From assembly GCA_965116905.1 (NCBI GenBank), contig OZ220732.1:4096001-4160000 (forward strand): a DNA stretch of 64,000 nt. The letters run 5' to 3'. Shown here piece after piece: positions 1 to 9,793 of this stretch. The notes under the pieces were generated by a model. That model was not told the DNA's origin and did no database searches. It saw only the letters and a list, made by a program, of their open reading frames with translations. The first letter of the stretch is position 1; every line of letters starts with the position of its first letter. The position numbers and the translations under genes are program-made. The stretch comes from Longimicrobiales bacterium. Its GTDB lineage: Bacteria > Gemmatimonadota > Gemmatimonadetes > Longimicrobiales > Gaopeijiaceae.

Positions 1-129
1 TCGTGGCCAACGGATACGGTCATGTGCGATGCGGTGAGGTGGGCGTGATTCCGATTGGAGCGCTGGGGCCCTAGCCACAGGCGGCGGGTTGCGGCGAGGC
101 TTTCCGAAGCAGACAGGAGCGAAGCCCCG

Positions 130-1419
130 ATGATGAGCCACTTCCGGCTGGAAGAACGAAACACCAGCGTGCGGACCGAGGTGCTGGCCGGATGCACCAC
201 GTTCCTCACCCTGTCCTACATCATCTTCATCAACCCGCTGGTCCTGGCGGACACGGGGATGGATGCCGGGGCCGTGCTGGTCGCCACCTGCATCGCCGCA
301 GCCTTCGGGTCGGCGGTGATGGGGTTGTACGCCAACTATCCCATCGCCCTGGCCCCGGGCATGGGGCTGAACGCCTACTTCGCGGCGGTCGCTGTGGGCA
401 CCCTGGGTCTGTCCTGGCAGACCGCGCTCGGGGCGGTGTTCTGCTCCGGGATCCTGATGCTGATTCTTTCCGTGCTGCCCGTGCGCGAGTGGGTGGTCAA
501 CGCCATTCCCCGCTCGCAGAAGCTGGCCATCGCCGCCGGGATCGGCTTCTTCCTGGTGATCATCGGGCTCCGCAACGCAGGAGTCGTGGTCGCCAGCGAA
601 GCGACCCTCGTCACGCTGGGCAACCTGATACAGTGGCCCGTGGTGCTGGCCGCCCTGGGATTCGTGGGGATCGTCGCGCTGGAGCAGCGCAAGCTGCCCG
701 GTGCAGTGATCATCAGCATCCTGGCCGTGTCGCTCATCGGGTGGATCGCGGGACAGTCCCCCCCACCGGAGTCGGTGTTGGCGGCCCCGCCCTCGCTGGC
801 TCCGACATTCCTCCAGCTGGATATCGCCGCCGCGGTCGAGGTGGGTTTGGTCGCGATCGTTTTTGCCTTCCTGATGGTGGACCTCTTCGACACCAGCGGC
901 ACACTGGTCGCCGTACTCAACGAAGCGGGGCTGACCGACGGCACCGGTCGCATTCCCCATTTGCGCCGCGCCCTGGTGGCGGACAGCTCGGCCACGATCG
1001 TGGGTTCGCTGCTCGGCACCTCGACGACGACCTCCTACATAGAGAGCGCGGCCGGCGTGCGCGCAGGGGGACGCACCGGCCTGACCGCGCTGGTGGTCGC
1101 AGGCCTGTTCCTGGTCGCGCTCGTGTTCGCTCCGGTTGCCACCTCCATTCCCGAATACGCCACCGCTCCGGCCATCATCTTCGTCGGGTGCGTGATGGCG
1201 AGGGCGCTTCGGGGCGTGGAGTGGGACGACCTGACGGAGAGCGTCCCGGCGATCGTCACCGCGATCGCGATGCCCTTCACCTATTCGATCGCCACGGGGA
1301 TCGGGCTCGGCTTCATCGCCTACGCCCTGATCAAGGTGCTGGCCGGCCGCAGCCACGAACTCAACGCCGCGGTGGCGACCGTGGCGGTGCTGTTCGCGAT
1401 CCGGTTCGTGGTCAGTTGA
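130..1419 (+). CDS. NCS2/AzgA-family purine permease
   Basis: Polytopic hydrophobic protein with family motifs EVLAGCTTFLT, ALAPGMGLNAYF, DLFDTSGTL, YIESAAGVRAGGRTGLTA, MPFTYSIATGI. Start chosen at ATG 130. Confidence 0.92.
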   Translation: MMSHFRLEERNTSVRTEVLAGCTTFLTLSYIIFINPLVLADTGMDAGAVLVATCIAAAFGSAVMGLYANYPIALAPGMGLNAYFAAVAVGTLGLSWQTALGAVFCSGILMLILSVLPVREWVVNAIPRSQKLAIAAGIGFFLVIIGLRNAGVVVASEATLVTLGNLIQWPVVLAALGFVGIVALEQRKLPGAVIISILAVSLIGWIAGQSPPPESVLAAPPSLAPTFLQLDIAAAVEVGLVAIVFAFLMVDLFDTSGTLVAVLNEAGLTDGTGRIPHLRRALVADSSATIVGSLLGTSTTTSYIESAAGVRAGGRTGLTALVVAGLFLVALVFAPVATSIPEYATAPAIIFVGCVMARALRGVEWDDLTESVPAIVTAIAMPFTYSIATGIGLGFIAYALIKVLAGRSHELNAAVATVAVLFAIRFVVS

Positions 1420-1436
1420 CAGCCCCGGGCACCCGG

Positions 1437-2720
1437 ATGTCGACCCCGGACCGCCGCCGGTTTCTTCGGCAATCCGCCCTGTGGGCCGCCGCGGCGCCGC
1501 TCGTGCCGGTCGAGCGGCTCGCAGCCTTGCACTCGGGCGCGTCCGCCCGCCCACAGGACGCCTGGGTTGCCCGTGCCCGCGCCGAGATCCCGGCCGCGAC
1601 CGGAAGCGTGTACTTCCAGACCGGGGGCATCGGTCCTTCTCCGACGGCGGTTATCGCCACGGTCAGCGAGCGCCTGGACTTCCAGAACCGGGGTCCCGCC
1701 GATCCCCGCTATGCGACCGACATGGCCCGGATCGAGCCCGATCTGCGCGCTCAGCTCGGGCGCGTCTTCGGTGCCGGAGGCGATGAGGTCGCGCTCACCC
1801 ACAGCACCTCCGAAGGCATATCCATCGTGGCCTGGAGCCTGAACTGGCAGCCGGGCGACGAAGTGATCATCTCCAACATCGAGCACCCGGCCAACGTCAT
1901 TCCCTGGTACGTGCTGCGCGACCGGTTCGGGATCGCCATCCGGGAGATCGATCTCGCCGCCGGGACCTCGCTCATGGACGAGATCCGGGCACAGCTGTCC
2001 CCCCGCACGCGGATGGTCAGCATCAGCCACGTGTCGCGCAACAACGGGCGCACGATCCGCACCGACGAATCCGCCGAACTCGGCAACCTGCTCCGCGGGC
2101 GCGGCGTCCGCTACCACCTCGACGGCGCTCAGGGCCCGGGCTGCGTCCCCACCGACTTCCGCGCGCTCGGCTGCGACTGCTACTCGACGTGCGGGCACAA
2201 GTGGCTGCTCGGTCCCAAGGGCACGGGCGCGCTCTTCGTCCGGCGTGAGATCCTCGACGACGTGCAACTCAGCTGGGCGGGCTCCCACAGCCACGCGACC
2301 ATGGACTACCAGGGAGGCTACACGCTGCTTCCAGGCGCGGCGCGCTACGAGTTCGGCACGCGCGCCCTGGCCGATTTCGCCGGCTTCGCCAGCGCCGTCG
2401 AGTGGATGGAGGGCATCGGCCTGACAAGGATCGGCGACCGCATCCAGTCGCTCGTGGACCACGCGATCGAGGCCGTGGACGCGACCGCCAGCCTCTCCGT
2501 GTCGTCGCCCCGCACCCGACCCGACCGCTCCGGCGTCTTCGTACTCCGGCTCCCCGCCGACTGCGACGCCACCAACCTCTACAACGACCTCCGCGAAAAC
2601 GCGGGCATTCTGGCCTCGCCGGTCAAACAGCCCCGCGACTTCCGCCTCTCCATACACTTCTTCAATACCCGGGATGAGATCGACGCCGCGATCGAGGCGA
2701 TCAGCGAGCGGTGTTCGTGA
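1437..2720 (+). CDS. Class V PLP-dependent aminotransferase (cysteine desulfurase/epimerase-like) with Tat signal
   Basis: DRRRFLRQ twin-arginine leader; STSEG, EHPAN, LDGAQ, CGHKWLLGPKGTG (PLP lysine), RYEFGT. The upstream part of ORF 192..2720 is off-frame overlap with the permease. Confidence 0.85.
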   Translation: MSTPDRRRFLRQSALWAAAAPLVPVERLAALHSGASARPQDAWVARARAEIPAATGSVYFQTGGIGPSPTAVIATVSERLDFQNRGPADPRYATDMARIEPDLRAQLGRVFGAGGDEVALTHSTSEGISIVAWSLNWQPGDEVIISNIEHPANVIPWYVLRDRFGIAIREIDLAAGTSLMDEIRAQLSPRTRMVSISHVSRNNGRTIRTDESAELGNLLRGRGVRYHLDGAQGPGCVPTDFRALGCDCYSTCGHKWLLGPKGTGALFVRREILDDVQLSWAGSHSHATMDYQGGYTLLPGAARYEFGTRALADFAGFASAVEWMEGIGLTRIGDRIQSLVDHAIEAVDATASLSVSSPRTRPDRSGVFVLRLPADCDATNLYNDLRENAGILASPVKQPRDFRLSIHFFNTRDEIDAAIEAISERCS

Positions 2721-2757
2721 CGTCCCGATGTCGCCAACCAACCTTCGGACTCGACTC

Positions 2758-4668
2758 ATGAAATACTCCCGCCCCGTGGCCACGGCCCTGGCCGCGCCCG
2801 CCACCACCGCCGCCCTCCCCCTCGTTACGCTGTCTGCGCTCTCCGCCCTCGCACTCGCGCTCCTCGCGCTCCCCACCCCCGCCACCGCCCAGACCGGCCC
2901 CGTCATCGAGAATGGCCAGGCCCAGGTCGTCCCCGCCTTCGCTGATTCGGCCACGTGGATCCGCCACGACCTCTGGGTCGAGACCGAGTTCGACACCGAC
3001 GGCGACGGCCGGCCCGACCGCGTGCACGTCGCAGTCACCCGCCCCGGCCAGACGGACACCGAGGGGCTCACCGTCTCCGTCATCTACGAGACCAGCCCCT
3101 ACTACTCCGGCGTCGCCGGCATCGACTTCGACCACTTCTGGAACCTGCGACAGGAGGTGGGCAGCGATCCCCCGGCACGCGACCCCTTCCCCGCCACCAT
3201 CCGGCACATCGAGCGCCAGCCGGTCATCTCCAACTCGCACATCCGCACGTGGGTGCCCCGCGGCTTCGCGGTCATCCACTCGCAGTCCCCCGGCACCGGC
3301 CAGTCGCAGGGCTGCCCTACCGTCGGCGGCGAGAACGAATCGCTCGCGCCCAAGGCCGTCATCGACTGGCTGAACGGGCGTGCACGCGGGTTCACCACCG
3401 TCGACGGCAGCGAACAGGTCGAGGCCTACTGGAGCACCGGCAAGGTCGGCATGACCGGCACCTCCTACAACGGCACCCTGCCCCTGGCCGCCGCGACCAC
3501 CGGCGTCGACGGCCTCGAAGCGATCATCCCCGTCGCGCCCAACACGTCCTACTACCACTACTACCGCTCGAACGGCCTCGTCCGCTCGCCCGGCGGCTAC
3601 CCCGGCGAGGACATCGACGTCCTCTTCGACTTCATCTTCAGCGGCTACCCTGACGTGCGCGACTATTGCATCGCCCACGTGCGCGACGAGATGTACGCCG
3701 AACTCGACCGCACCACCGGCGACTACAACGATTTCTGGGCGGGCCGCGACTACCTGAACCACATCGACGGCGTCCGCGCCGCCACCCTCATGGCCCACGC
3801 CTTCAACGACTGGAACGTGATGCCCGAGCACAGCTACCGCATCACCGAGGCGCTGAAAAGCCGCGGCGTCCCCGTCCAGATCTACTACCATCAGGGCGGC
3901 CACGGCGGTCCCCCGCCCCTCGAGCTCATGAACCGCTGGTTCACCCGCTACGTCCTGGGCGTCGAGAACGGCGTCGAGAACGACCCGCGCGCATGGATCG
4001 TCCGCGAGGCCGACGACCGCCAGCAGCCCACCGCCTACCCCGACTATCCGCACCCCGAGTCCGACGGCGTCCGCCTGCATCCCGCGGGCGACGGCAACTG
4101 GACCGGAACCCTCTCGCTCAACGCCGGCGACGCGGACGGTACCGGCGGCATTGTGGACAATTTTGCTTTTGAGGGCGGCCAACTCGCCGCGGCGGAATGG
4201 TCGAACCACCGGCTTCTATATGCGACACCGTTGCTCCAGCAGGATGTTCACCTTTCGGGCGTGGCCACGGTCCGCGTGCGCGTGGCCTCCGATGCAGCCG
4301 CGGCGAATCTGACCGTCTGGCTCGTCTCGCTCCCCTGGACCGACGGCGGCGACATCAACGACAACGTCATCACCAAGGGCTGGGCGGATCCGGCCAACGC
4401 GGGCGCGGACAACATCGCGAGCCCGCGGTCCGGCACCGACCTCACGCCCGGCGAGTTCGTCGAACTCGAATTCCCGCTGCAGCCGGACGATCAGGTGATC
4501 CCGGCAGGGGCGCGGATCGGGCTGATGGTGTTCTCGAGCGACAAGTACTTCACGTTGCACCCGGAGCCGGGGACGGAGCTGACCGTGGATCTGCGCGGGA
4601 CGAGTGTGGAGTTGCCGGTGGTGGGGGGTGTGGAGGCGTTGAGGAGGGCGCTCAGGCCGGTGAGTTGA
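2758..4668 (+). CDS. Xaa-Pro dipeptidyl-peptidase (S15/CocE-NonD family), exported
   Basis: Signal peptide ending ATA-Q; VETEFDTDGDG, AVIDWLNGRA, nucleophile GTSYNG, DWNV, QGGHG; PepX-like C-terminal domain. Alternative start 2728. Confidence 0.88.
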   Translation: MKYSRPVATALAAPATTAALPLVTLSALSALALALLALPTPATAQTGPVIENGQAQVVPAFADSATWIRHDLWVETEFDTDGDGRPDRVHVAVTRPGQTDTEGLTVSVIYETSPYYSGVAGIDFDHFWNLRQEVGSDPPARDPFPATIRHIERQPVISNSHIRTWVPRGFAVIHSQSPGTGQSQGCPTVGGENESLAPKAVIDWLNGRARGFTTVDGSEQVEAYWSTGKVGMTGTSYNGTLPLAAATTGVDGLEAIIPVAPNTSYYHYYRSNGLVRSPGGYPGEDIDVLFDFIFSGYPDVRDYCIAHVRDEMYAELDRTTGDYNDFWAGRDYLNHIDGVRAATLMAHAFNDWNVMPEHSYRITEALKSRGVPVQIYYHQGGHGGPPPLELMNRWFTRYVLGVENGVENDPRAWIVREADDRQQPTAYPDYPHPESDGVRLHPAGDGNWTGTLSLNAGDADGTGGIVDNFAFEGGQLAAAEWSNHRLLYATPLLQQDVHLSGVATVRVRVASDAAAANLTVWLVSLPWTDGGDINDNVITKGWADPANAGADNIASPRSGTDLTPGEFVELEFPLQPDDQVIPAGARIGLMVFSSDKYFTLHPEPGTELTVDLRGTSVELPVVGGVEALRRALRPVS

Positions 4669-4691
4669 AGGGGGGGAGGGGGCATCATCGT

Positions 4692-4730
4692 CCAGACGTC
4701 CCCCGTGAGGTCGCGTGGCAGCTTCCTCAT
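4692..4730 (-). pseudogene. hicA: Truncated HicA-type toxin (first ~11 codons only)
   Basis: MRKLPRDLTGD resembles the HicA N-terminus (MKLPRDLSG) and overlaps the hicB-like stop by ATGA. No GSH motif follows; the frame runs into antisense pepX. Confidence 0.6.
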
Positions 4731-4939
4731 ACGGCGATTGCTTCGTCCCTTACCAGATGGAGCCGAATCACCCTCGGGGCGTCCTGAGGGTCGAAATGGC
4801 AGATTACGGCATCTCTGACCATCGCCTTCAGATCCGTCCAGTCGTCGCCCTGAGTAAAGATGCTGTGCCCGAGTGCTCTGGCGTCGTAGCCTCCCTCAGC
4901 GGCTTCGGTAACTTCAAAGATGATCTCACTGGGCTTCAT
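4727..4939 (-). CDS. hicB: Short HicB-like antitoxin
   Basis: 70 aa, EIIFEVTEAAEGGYDARALGHSIFTQGDDWTDLKAMVRDAV (HicB partial RNase H-like pattern); RBS AAGAGG; coupled to the HicA-like start. Confidence 0.7.
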   Translation of the reverse strand: MKPSEIIFEVTEAAEGGYDARALGHSIFTQGDDWTDLKAMVRDAVICHFDPQDAPRVIRLHLVRDEAIAV

Positions 4940-5065
4940 CTGTGCCTCTTTTTCGGCTATCGGAAGGGTTCCGGCTACGCGAGGTCAACGTGGCGCTCCA
5001 ATAAACGTAACGATCGCATCCCGACGGAAATCAATAGGCTCGGGTCGCAGAAAGAGCGAACGATC

Positions 5066-6355
5066 ATGACCAGGATCGACGGCGTATCTGTTCCGGCTAC
5101 CCTGTTCCAGGTTGCGCTGACTCTCGTCTTGACCGCCTGTACCGATGGCTCCCATCAGGCACCACGGCCCGGTGCACCGACGGTCCGAGACAGCGCCGGC
5201 GTGCGTATCGTGACCAGTGCCGCGCCGCTGTGGGGCACGGAAGCCGGGTGGACGGTGGACCCTGACCCATCCGTGACGATCGGCACCGAGGAGCCGATGG
5301 GCGACGGGACGGACATTCTCTTCGGGTCGATTCGATCCATGGTGGTGCTGCCGAGCGGGCGCTTCGCAGTAGCAGACGAGCACTCCGCCGTCGTGTCGGT
5401 TTTCGATCCCGATGGGCAGTTCGTCCACCGCTTCGGCGGCCGTGGAGAGGGTCCCGGCGAGGTTGGCGGCATCTGGGATTTGTACGGCTGCGCCGGGGAC
5501 ACCGTCGTCGTGCGCTTTCGAACCCAACTCAGCTTCTTCGACGGCGACGGCGAGTTCATCCGCCGGATCAACAGTACGGGTGCGGGCACGACCTGGTCAC
5601 TCGAGACGATCGCGCCCGACTGCCGCAACTTTATCGCCTCGCGATCCGCCTCTGGAACTGCGCCGCCAGCAGGTCAGGAGAGGCTGTTGCACATGGTGCT
5701 GGTTCAGACTGACGATGCGTTCGAGGTCACCGACACCCTCGCCCGGGAGGTGGCAGCCGCGGGCTTCACAGCTTCCCGGCGAGGAGAGGACGTATTCGTG
5801 GCACTGCCCTGGACACCGTTCGATGCCACTGTGGAACTCCGGCGCGATCACGTGATTGCGGGATTCGGGCGGTGGGCCGAGTTCCGGATTCATTCCCTTG
5901 CCGGAGGCCTGGACCAGCTGATCCGGTGGCAGCCTGTTTCCGACGAGGTCACGGACGCCGACCGCGACCGATACATGGCCAAGCGCGACGAGTTCCTCGC
6001 CAGATATGAAGGCAGTCCGGACGCACTCTTTTCGTTCCCCTCGCTGCGGGAATTCCCGCGGGTCCCGACCCACAAGCCGTTCTTCGACCGATTCCTGATC
6101 GACGACGCGGGCAACATCTGGGCTCGCCACTTTCCATCGACCGGACTCGGCATCCAGGACCTGCGGCCGCCTCGCGACCCGGCCCCGCCCGAGATCTGGA
6201 CCGTGCTCGATTCAGCGGGCGTCTGGCTGGGACCCGTGCGCCTGCCCGACGGGTTTGCCGCCCACGAGGTGGCGAATGACCGCGTGTACGGGGTTCACAC
6301 GGCGCCGCTCGGGGCTCAGATGGTCCGGGTTTATCGGCTTGTTCGGGAGGATTGA
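5066..6355 (+). CDS. Exported 6-bladed beta-propeller lipoprotein (NHL/TolB-like)
   Basis: Lipobox LTAC; TVRDSAGVRIV; FGGRGEGPGE; IDDAGNIW; WTVLDSAGVWLGPVRLP. Confidence 0.7.
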   Translation: MTRIDGVSVPATLFQVALTLVLTACTDGSHQAPRPGAPTVRDSAGVRIVTSAAPLWGTEAGWTVDPDPSVTIGTEEPMGDGTDILFGSIRSMVVLPSGRFAVADEHSAVVSVFDPDGQFVHRFGGRGEGPGEVGGIWDLYGCAGDTVVVRFRTQLSFFDGDGEFIRRINSTGAGTTWSLETIAPDCRNFIASRSASGTAPPAGQERLLHMVLVQTDDAFEVTDTLAREVAAAGFTASRRGEDVFVALPWTPFDATVELRRDHVIAGFGRWAEFRIHSLAGGLDQLIRWQPVSDEVTDADRDRYMAKRDEFLARYEGSPDALFSFPSLREFPRVPTHKPFFDRFLIDDAGNIWARHFPSTGLGIQDLRPPRDPAPPEIWTVLDSAGVWLGPVRLPDGFAAHEVANDRVYGVHTAPLGAQMVRVYRLVRED

Positions 6356-6449
6356 CGACCACCATCAGACCCCTGCCCCGGCCATATGGCCAGACGCGCT
6401 GCCGACACTGCTATCTTCCATCTGGAGGGAGATTGACGGGAGGGGAAGG

Positions 6450-6848
6450 ATGTTTGATCCATGTGTCGGGCGTCGGTCGCTTTTTGCCGACGCATGGTTG
6501 GAGGGATACGAGGGCGGCCTCCGGTCTATGGGTGTGCCCCGCGAAGAAAGGATGCGGTTGGTCGCCAGTAGCGTCGGCAGGCTCACCACCGAAGGCTACT
6601 ACGTGGGCTACGCGTTGGGAGCCGAGAGCGGGTACAAGGCCGGCATGGTGGAGGGGCAGTGTGAGGTCATCCGCTCGGCGGCCTGGATCAAGTTCGGGCC
6701 GACAGCAGCGTTCCACGTCTCGGAGCTGGTTGAGTACACTTGCGACCCCGAGCGGACCGCTCACCTCGCAGCTTGCGTTGTGACCTGCGGCACTGCGGCG
6801 GAGTTCCTGGCCCAGGTGGAGGAAATGACGGAGGGAGAGCGGCCGTGA
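6450..6848 (+). CDS. Hypothetical protein resembling the C-terminal domain of Rpn/YhgA-like proteins
   Basis: RBS GGGAAGG; GYKAGMVEG followed by KFG...DPER...VVTCGTAAEFLA; no PD-(D/E)xK domain. Confidence 0.5.
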   Translation: MFDPCVGRRSLFADAWLEGYEGGLRSMGVPREERMRLVASSVGRLTTEGYYVGYALGAESGYKAGMVEGQCEVIRSAAWIKFGPTAAFHVSELVEYTCDPERTAHLAACVVTCGTAAEFLAQVEEMTEGERP

Positions 6849-7309
6849 GCTCGAAGGATGTGGTGACGATCAAGGGATTCGCCAAGGAGGTTGGCCGAGA
6901 CATCTTCAGCCGTTACAGGGAAGGGTTTGACGAGGGCCGCGAGAGCGCCCATGCGGTCGGCCTCGTGACAGGCCGCGAGAGCATCGTCCACGCGCTGACT
7001 GCCACTCGGTTCGGCCCTGAAACGGCGGACCGCGTCGCCGAATTGACCAGGAGCCTTTGCGAGTGTGAGGACGGTTTCGGCATCAGCAGCGCAGATCGGA
7101 TCGGAATCTGCGTCCTGACCTGCGCCACCGCTGATGATCTCCTGGCGAGGGTACGGGAAGTCGAGGAGGAAGAGTCGAACCGGGCCCGTTGGTTCGAGGA
7201 CGATCCCAGGGCCGGATGGGCCGACGCGGCCCGCGACCTCGCGGCTCGACGCGATGACGGCCCTGAGGACGACCCGACTCCCACCGTCCTTGACGAGTCG
7301 GAAGGGTAA
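6845..7309 (+). CDS. Second Rpn C-terminal-like hypothetical protein
   Basis: GTG start overlapping the previous stop (GTGA); EGFDEGRE...RFGPETADRV...VLTCATADDLLARV, paralogous to the upstream ORF. Confidence 0.5.
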   Translation: MSSKDVVTIKGFAKEVGRDIFSRYREGFDEGRESAHAVGLVTGRESIVHALTATRFGPETADRVAELTRSLCECEDGFGISSADRIGICVLTCATADDLLARVREVEEEESNRARWFEDDPRAGWADAARDLAARRDDGPEDDPTPTVLDESEG

Positions 7310-7372
7310 TGGTAGTAGGCACCAGCCGCGAAGAGACCCTGAGGCCCCAAGCGGCCGCCGTTCCGTGGTTGA

Positions 7373-7534
7373 GGGCATCGGAGCGCAGCTTTCTCGGGTA
7401 GCGACTTTGCGGCAGGAGGGCTCCCCAAGCCATCGATGGTGAAGCCGACCAAGCTGTTCACGATGCATTCCTCGCTCATCGCCAAGCGGATCGGTGCCCT
7501 CAGGACCGAAATGACGATGGAAGTCCTACGTTCA
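7373..7534 (+). pseudogene. C-terminal remnant of a PemK/MazF toxin
   Basis: Manual translation from 7403: DFAAGGLPKPSMVKPTKLFTMHSSLIAKRIGALRTEMTMEVLRS. An in-frame TGA lies just upstream and the N-terminal half is absent. Confidence 0.65.
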
Positions 7535-7581
7535 CATCCACGACGACGACCGCAACGTGGCGTTCGATGCACTGGGCTTCA

Positions 7582-9503
7582 TCAACGACCTCCGGCCAGA
7601 CGCCCATAGGCGTCCCTCACCACTGCCTCCGCCAGCTTCCCGCGTATGGCGAAACTCCGTCTGTCCAGCCAGAACTCGGCCCACGTTGCGTCTGTCGCGA
7701 TCCAGTTGTCCCAGAAGAAGGCGCCATTGACGAGGTTCGGATAGCTTGCGCTCGCGTTGAAAAACGCCTGGAAGATGTTGGCCTGGGTTTCCTCGCCGTC
7801 ATCCATTCCGTTTCGGTTGGCGTCCACGAGAACCCGCTCTTCCGAGTGGCGCGCACCTAGAGAGGATCGGCCGGCGCTTCCACGACATCCATCGAGCCGT
7901 ACTCGGTGAATACTATCGCCCGCCCTGGATTCCGGCTGGCAAGCGGAACCAGGTAGTCCTGGAAGATGGCCTCGTAGCTCGCCTGCAGTTCCGGCACACC
8001 GAGTACCGTTGTCGGAGCTCTGGCCGTGAGCGGGAACCACCCGCTGACTCCCACAATGTCAAGGTCAAGGTCTTCCCAGAGGTGACCCGCGCCCGATCCG
8101 CTTCCGTGGTAATCGGCATATATCAGTGCGTTGGCATGCATGTCGTAGGTCAGCCGACCGGAATACACCGCACGCACGCGGCTCACCAGGTCCCGCAGTT
8201 CATCGCCGAAGTCGTTGTACATGTAGCCGGACTCGGGCCGGGCTTCGTCGTCCGGATCGGGGCGCGATCGGAACAGGCGGTCCGTCTCGGTCCCGAGCGA
8301 ATACAGGGCCACTCCCTCCTGCTCGGCGATTCGGGCAAAGTGCACAGCGTTATCCGCGTACGTTTGCCAGAACTCGCCCACAAAGCGGTCGTGGTCCGGG
8401 TGGTCGGGACGCCACGGCCAGTTGGCGGGCACAATCCGATTTCGCCAGTCCTCATCGGGAGGAGCGCCGCCGGTATGTGGCGGGGCTGGATCTCCCAGCA
8501 GATGTCGGCTGAGCGGGCGAGAGGAAGCCTCGGCCTCGTGGGCTTCGAACGCCAGAGTCATGTACACCTCGAATCCATGGCTCCGGAACTCGCGGATCAT
8601 TTGCCGCAGCGAACCATCGCGCCACGTCGGAACGTTCCGGTTCCGACCCGTCTCGCGCGCGACGGAGCTGTCCATGCTGTCCTCGTAGTGGAGGGCCACC
8701 GAAATCAGGATCCAGTTCACATGCAGACCGCGAAGCCAAGCAACGTATTCCAGCGGAATGAGCGAGCCTGTGCTCCCTTGGTCCTCCCAAACCTGCACAA
8801 CGTCTCGATTGGTGCCCCAGTTGCCCGAGATCGCAACGGCGCGCATCGGGAAATCGAAGATGTCCAGCCCCGGACCCAGTTTGGGGGGGCGTCTCGTCAC
8901 CGTGACCCTTGCGGTTCCCTGTGCGCTCGCCGAGGTGGCGGTGACCGACGCCACGCCCTCGGTCACGCCCCGCACCAGTCCCAATCCGTCCACCGTGGCG
9001 ACCGACGAATCGCTCGACGACCATGTGAACTCCGCGCCTTCGACGCGGTGCTCGTTCTCGTCGAAGGCCTCCGCAACCAGCCGAATCGTGTCGCCCACAA
9101 CAACCGTGTCTGCAGTCGGCGTGACCGCGATCCCGACCGCTGCCTGGGCGACCGCAACGGTTGCGGTACCCGCAGCCCCGCCCGCGGTCGCAGTGATCGT
9201 AGCGGTGCCGTTGGCCACCGCCGTCACCAGCCCGTTGGAGTCGACGGTCGCCACGTCGGCGTCGTTGCTCGCCCAGGACACATTGGCACCCGCCATTGCC
9301 TGACCGTGCTGATCGAGCACCTGCGCCGACAGTTGCACGGTTGCGCCCAACGCATTCAGCCGTGCCGTTGCCGGGCTGACCGTTACCGTAGTTGCACGGG
9401 CGGGCTCCGGCGCAGCAGGCTCTTCCGCGTCCCCGCACCCGTTTGCTAGGGGTGCGCCCATCAGAAGCGCGGACACCCGGAGGATGGTGCGGCAACGGCT
9501 CAT
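7582..9503 (-). pseudogene. Lipoprotein with two Ig-like (Big_2) domains and a GH113-like TIM barrel, frameshifted near 7862
   Basis: Lipobox ANGC; two WxS-VATVD-GLV Ig repeats; YSLGTET and VFTEYG glutamate motifs. ORF 7857..9503 stops at ADPL*, and the expected C-terminus (QANIFQAFF...GAFFWD...RGKLAEAVVR) continues in frame 7582..8040. Confidence 0.65.
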
Positions 9504-9793
9504 GGATTCGAAGAGGACGACAAAGCTGCGTGTTCAGTGACCGTCGCAAGGTGGCTAAGCGATGACCCTAACCGCCGCCAGCCTGGTCGGCAACGGACAT
9601 GCCTACGTTGGCCACTCTTCGAAGGTCGTCGGAGTCAATGGAGCAAGTGGCGGCGGCTCTGGCGTCTTATGCCGCCAAGAGAACCGGTCCGATCTGGCCA
9701 ACGCAGGTACGGACCACGGCCGTCAGAAGCGGTTTTCCGTTCCGGGACCCCCTCACGTCTGACGACCCTTAGTGCGCCGCCCAGGAGTAACCC

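Noticed and set aside
1..23. Possible start of a minus-strand gene (ATG at 23)
   Set aside because: Only seven codons are visible; it cannot be supported.
192..1436. N-terminal extension making an 842-aa ORF
   Set aside because: Off-frame overlap with the permease; the real gene starts at the Tat leader (1437). The same applies to extensions of ORFs 35024, 46887 and 53375..54847.
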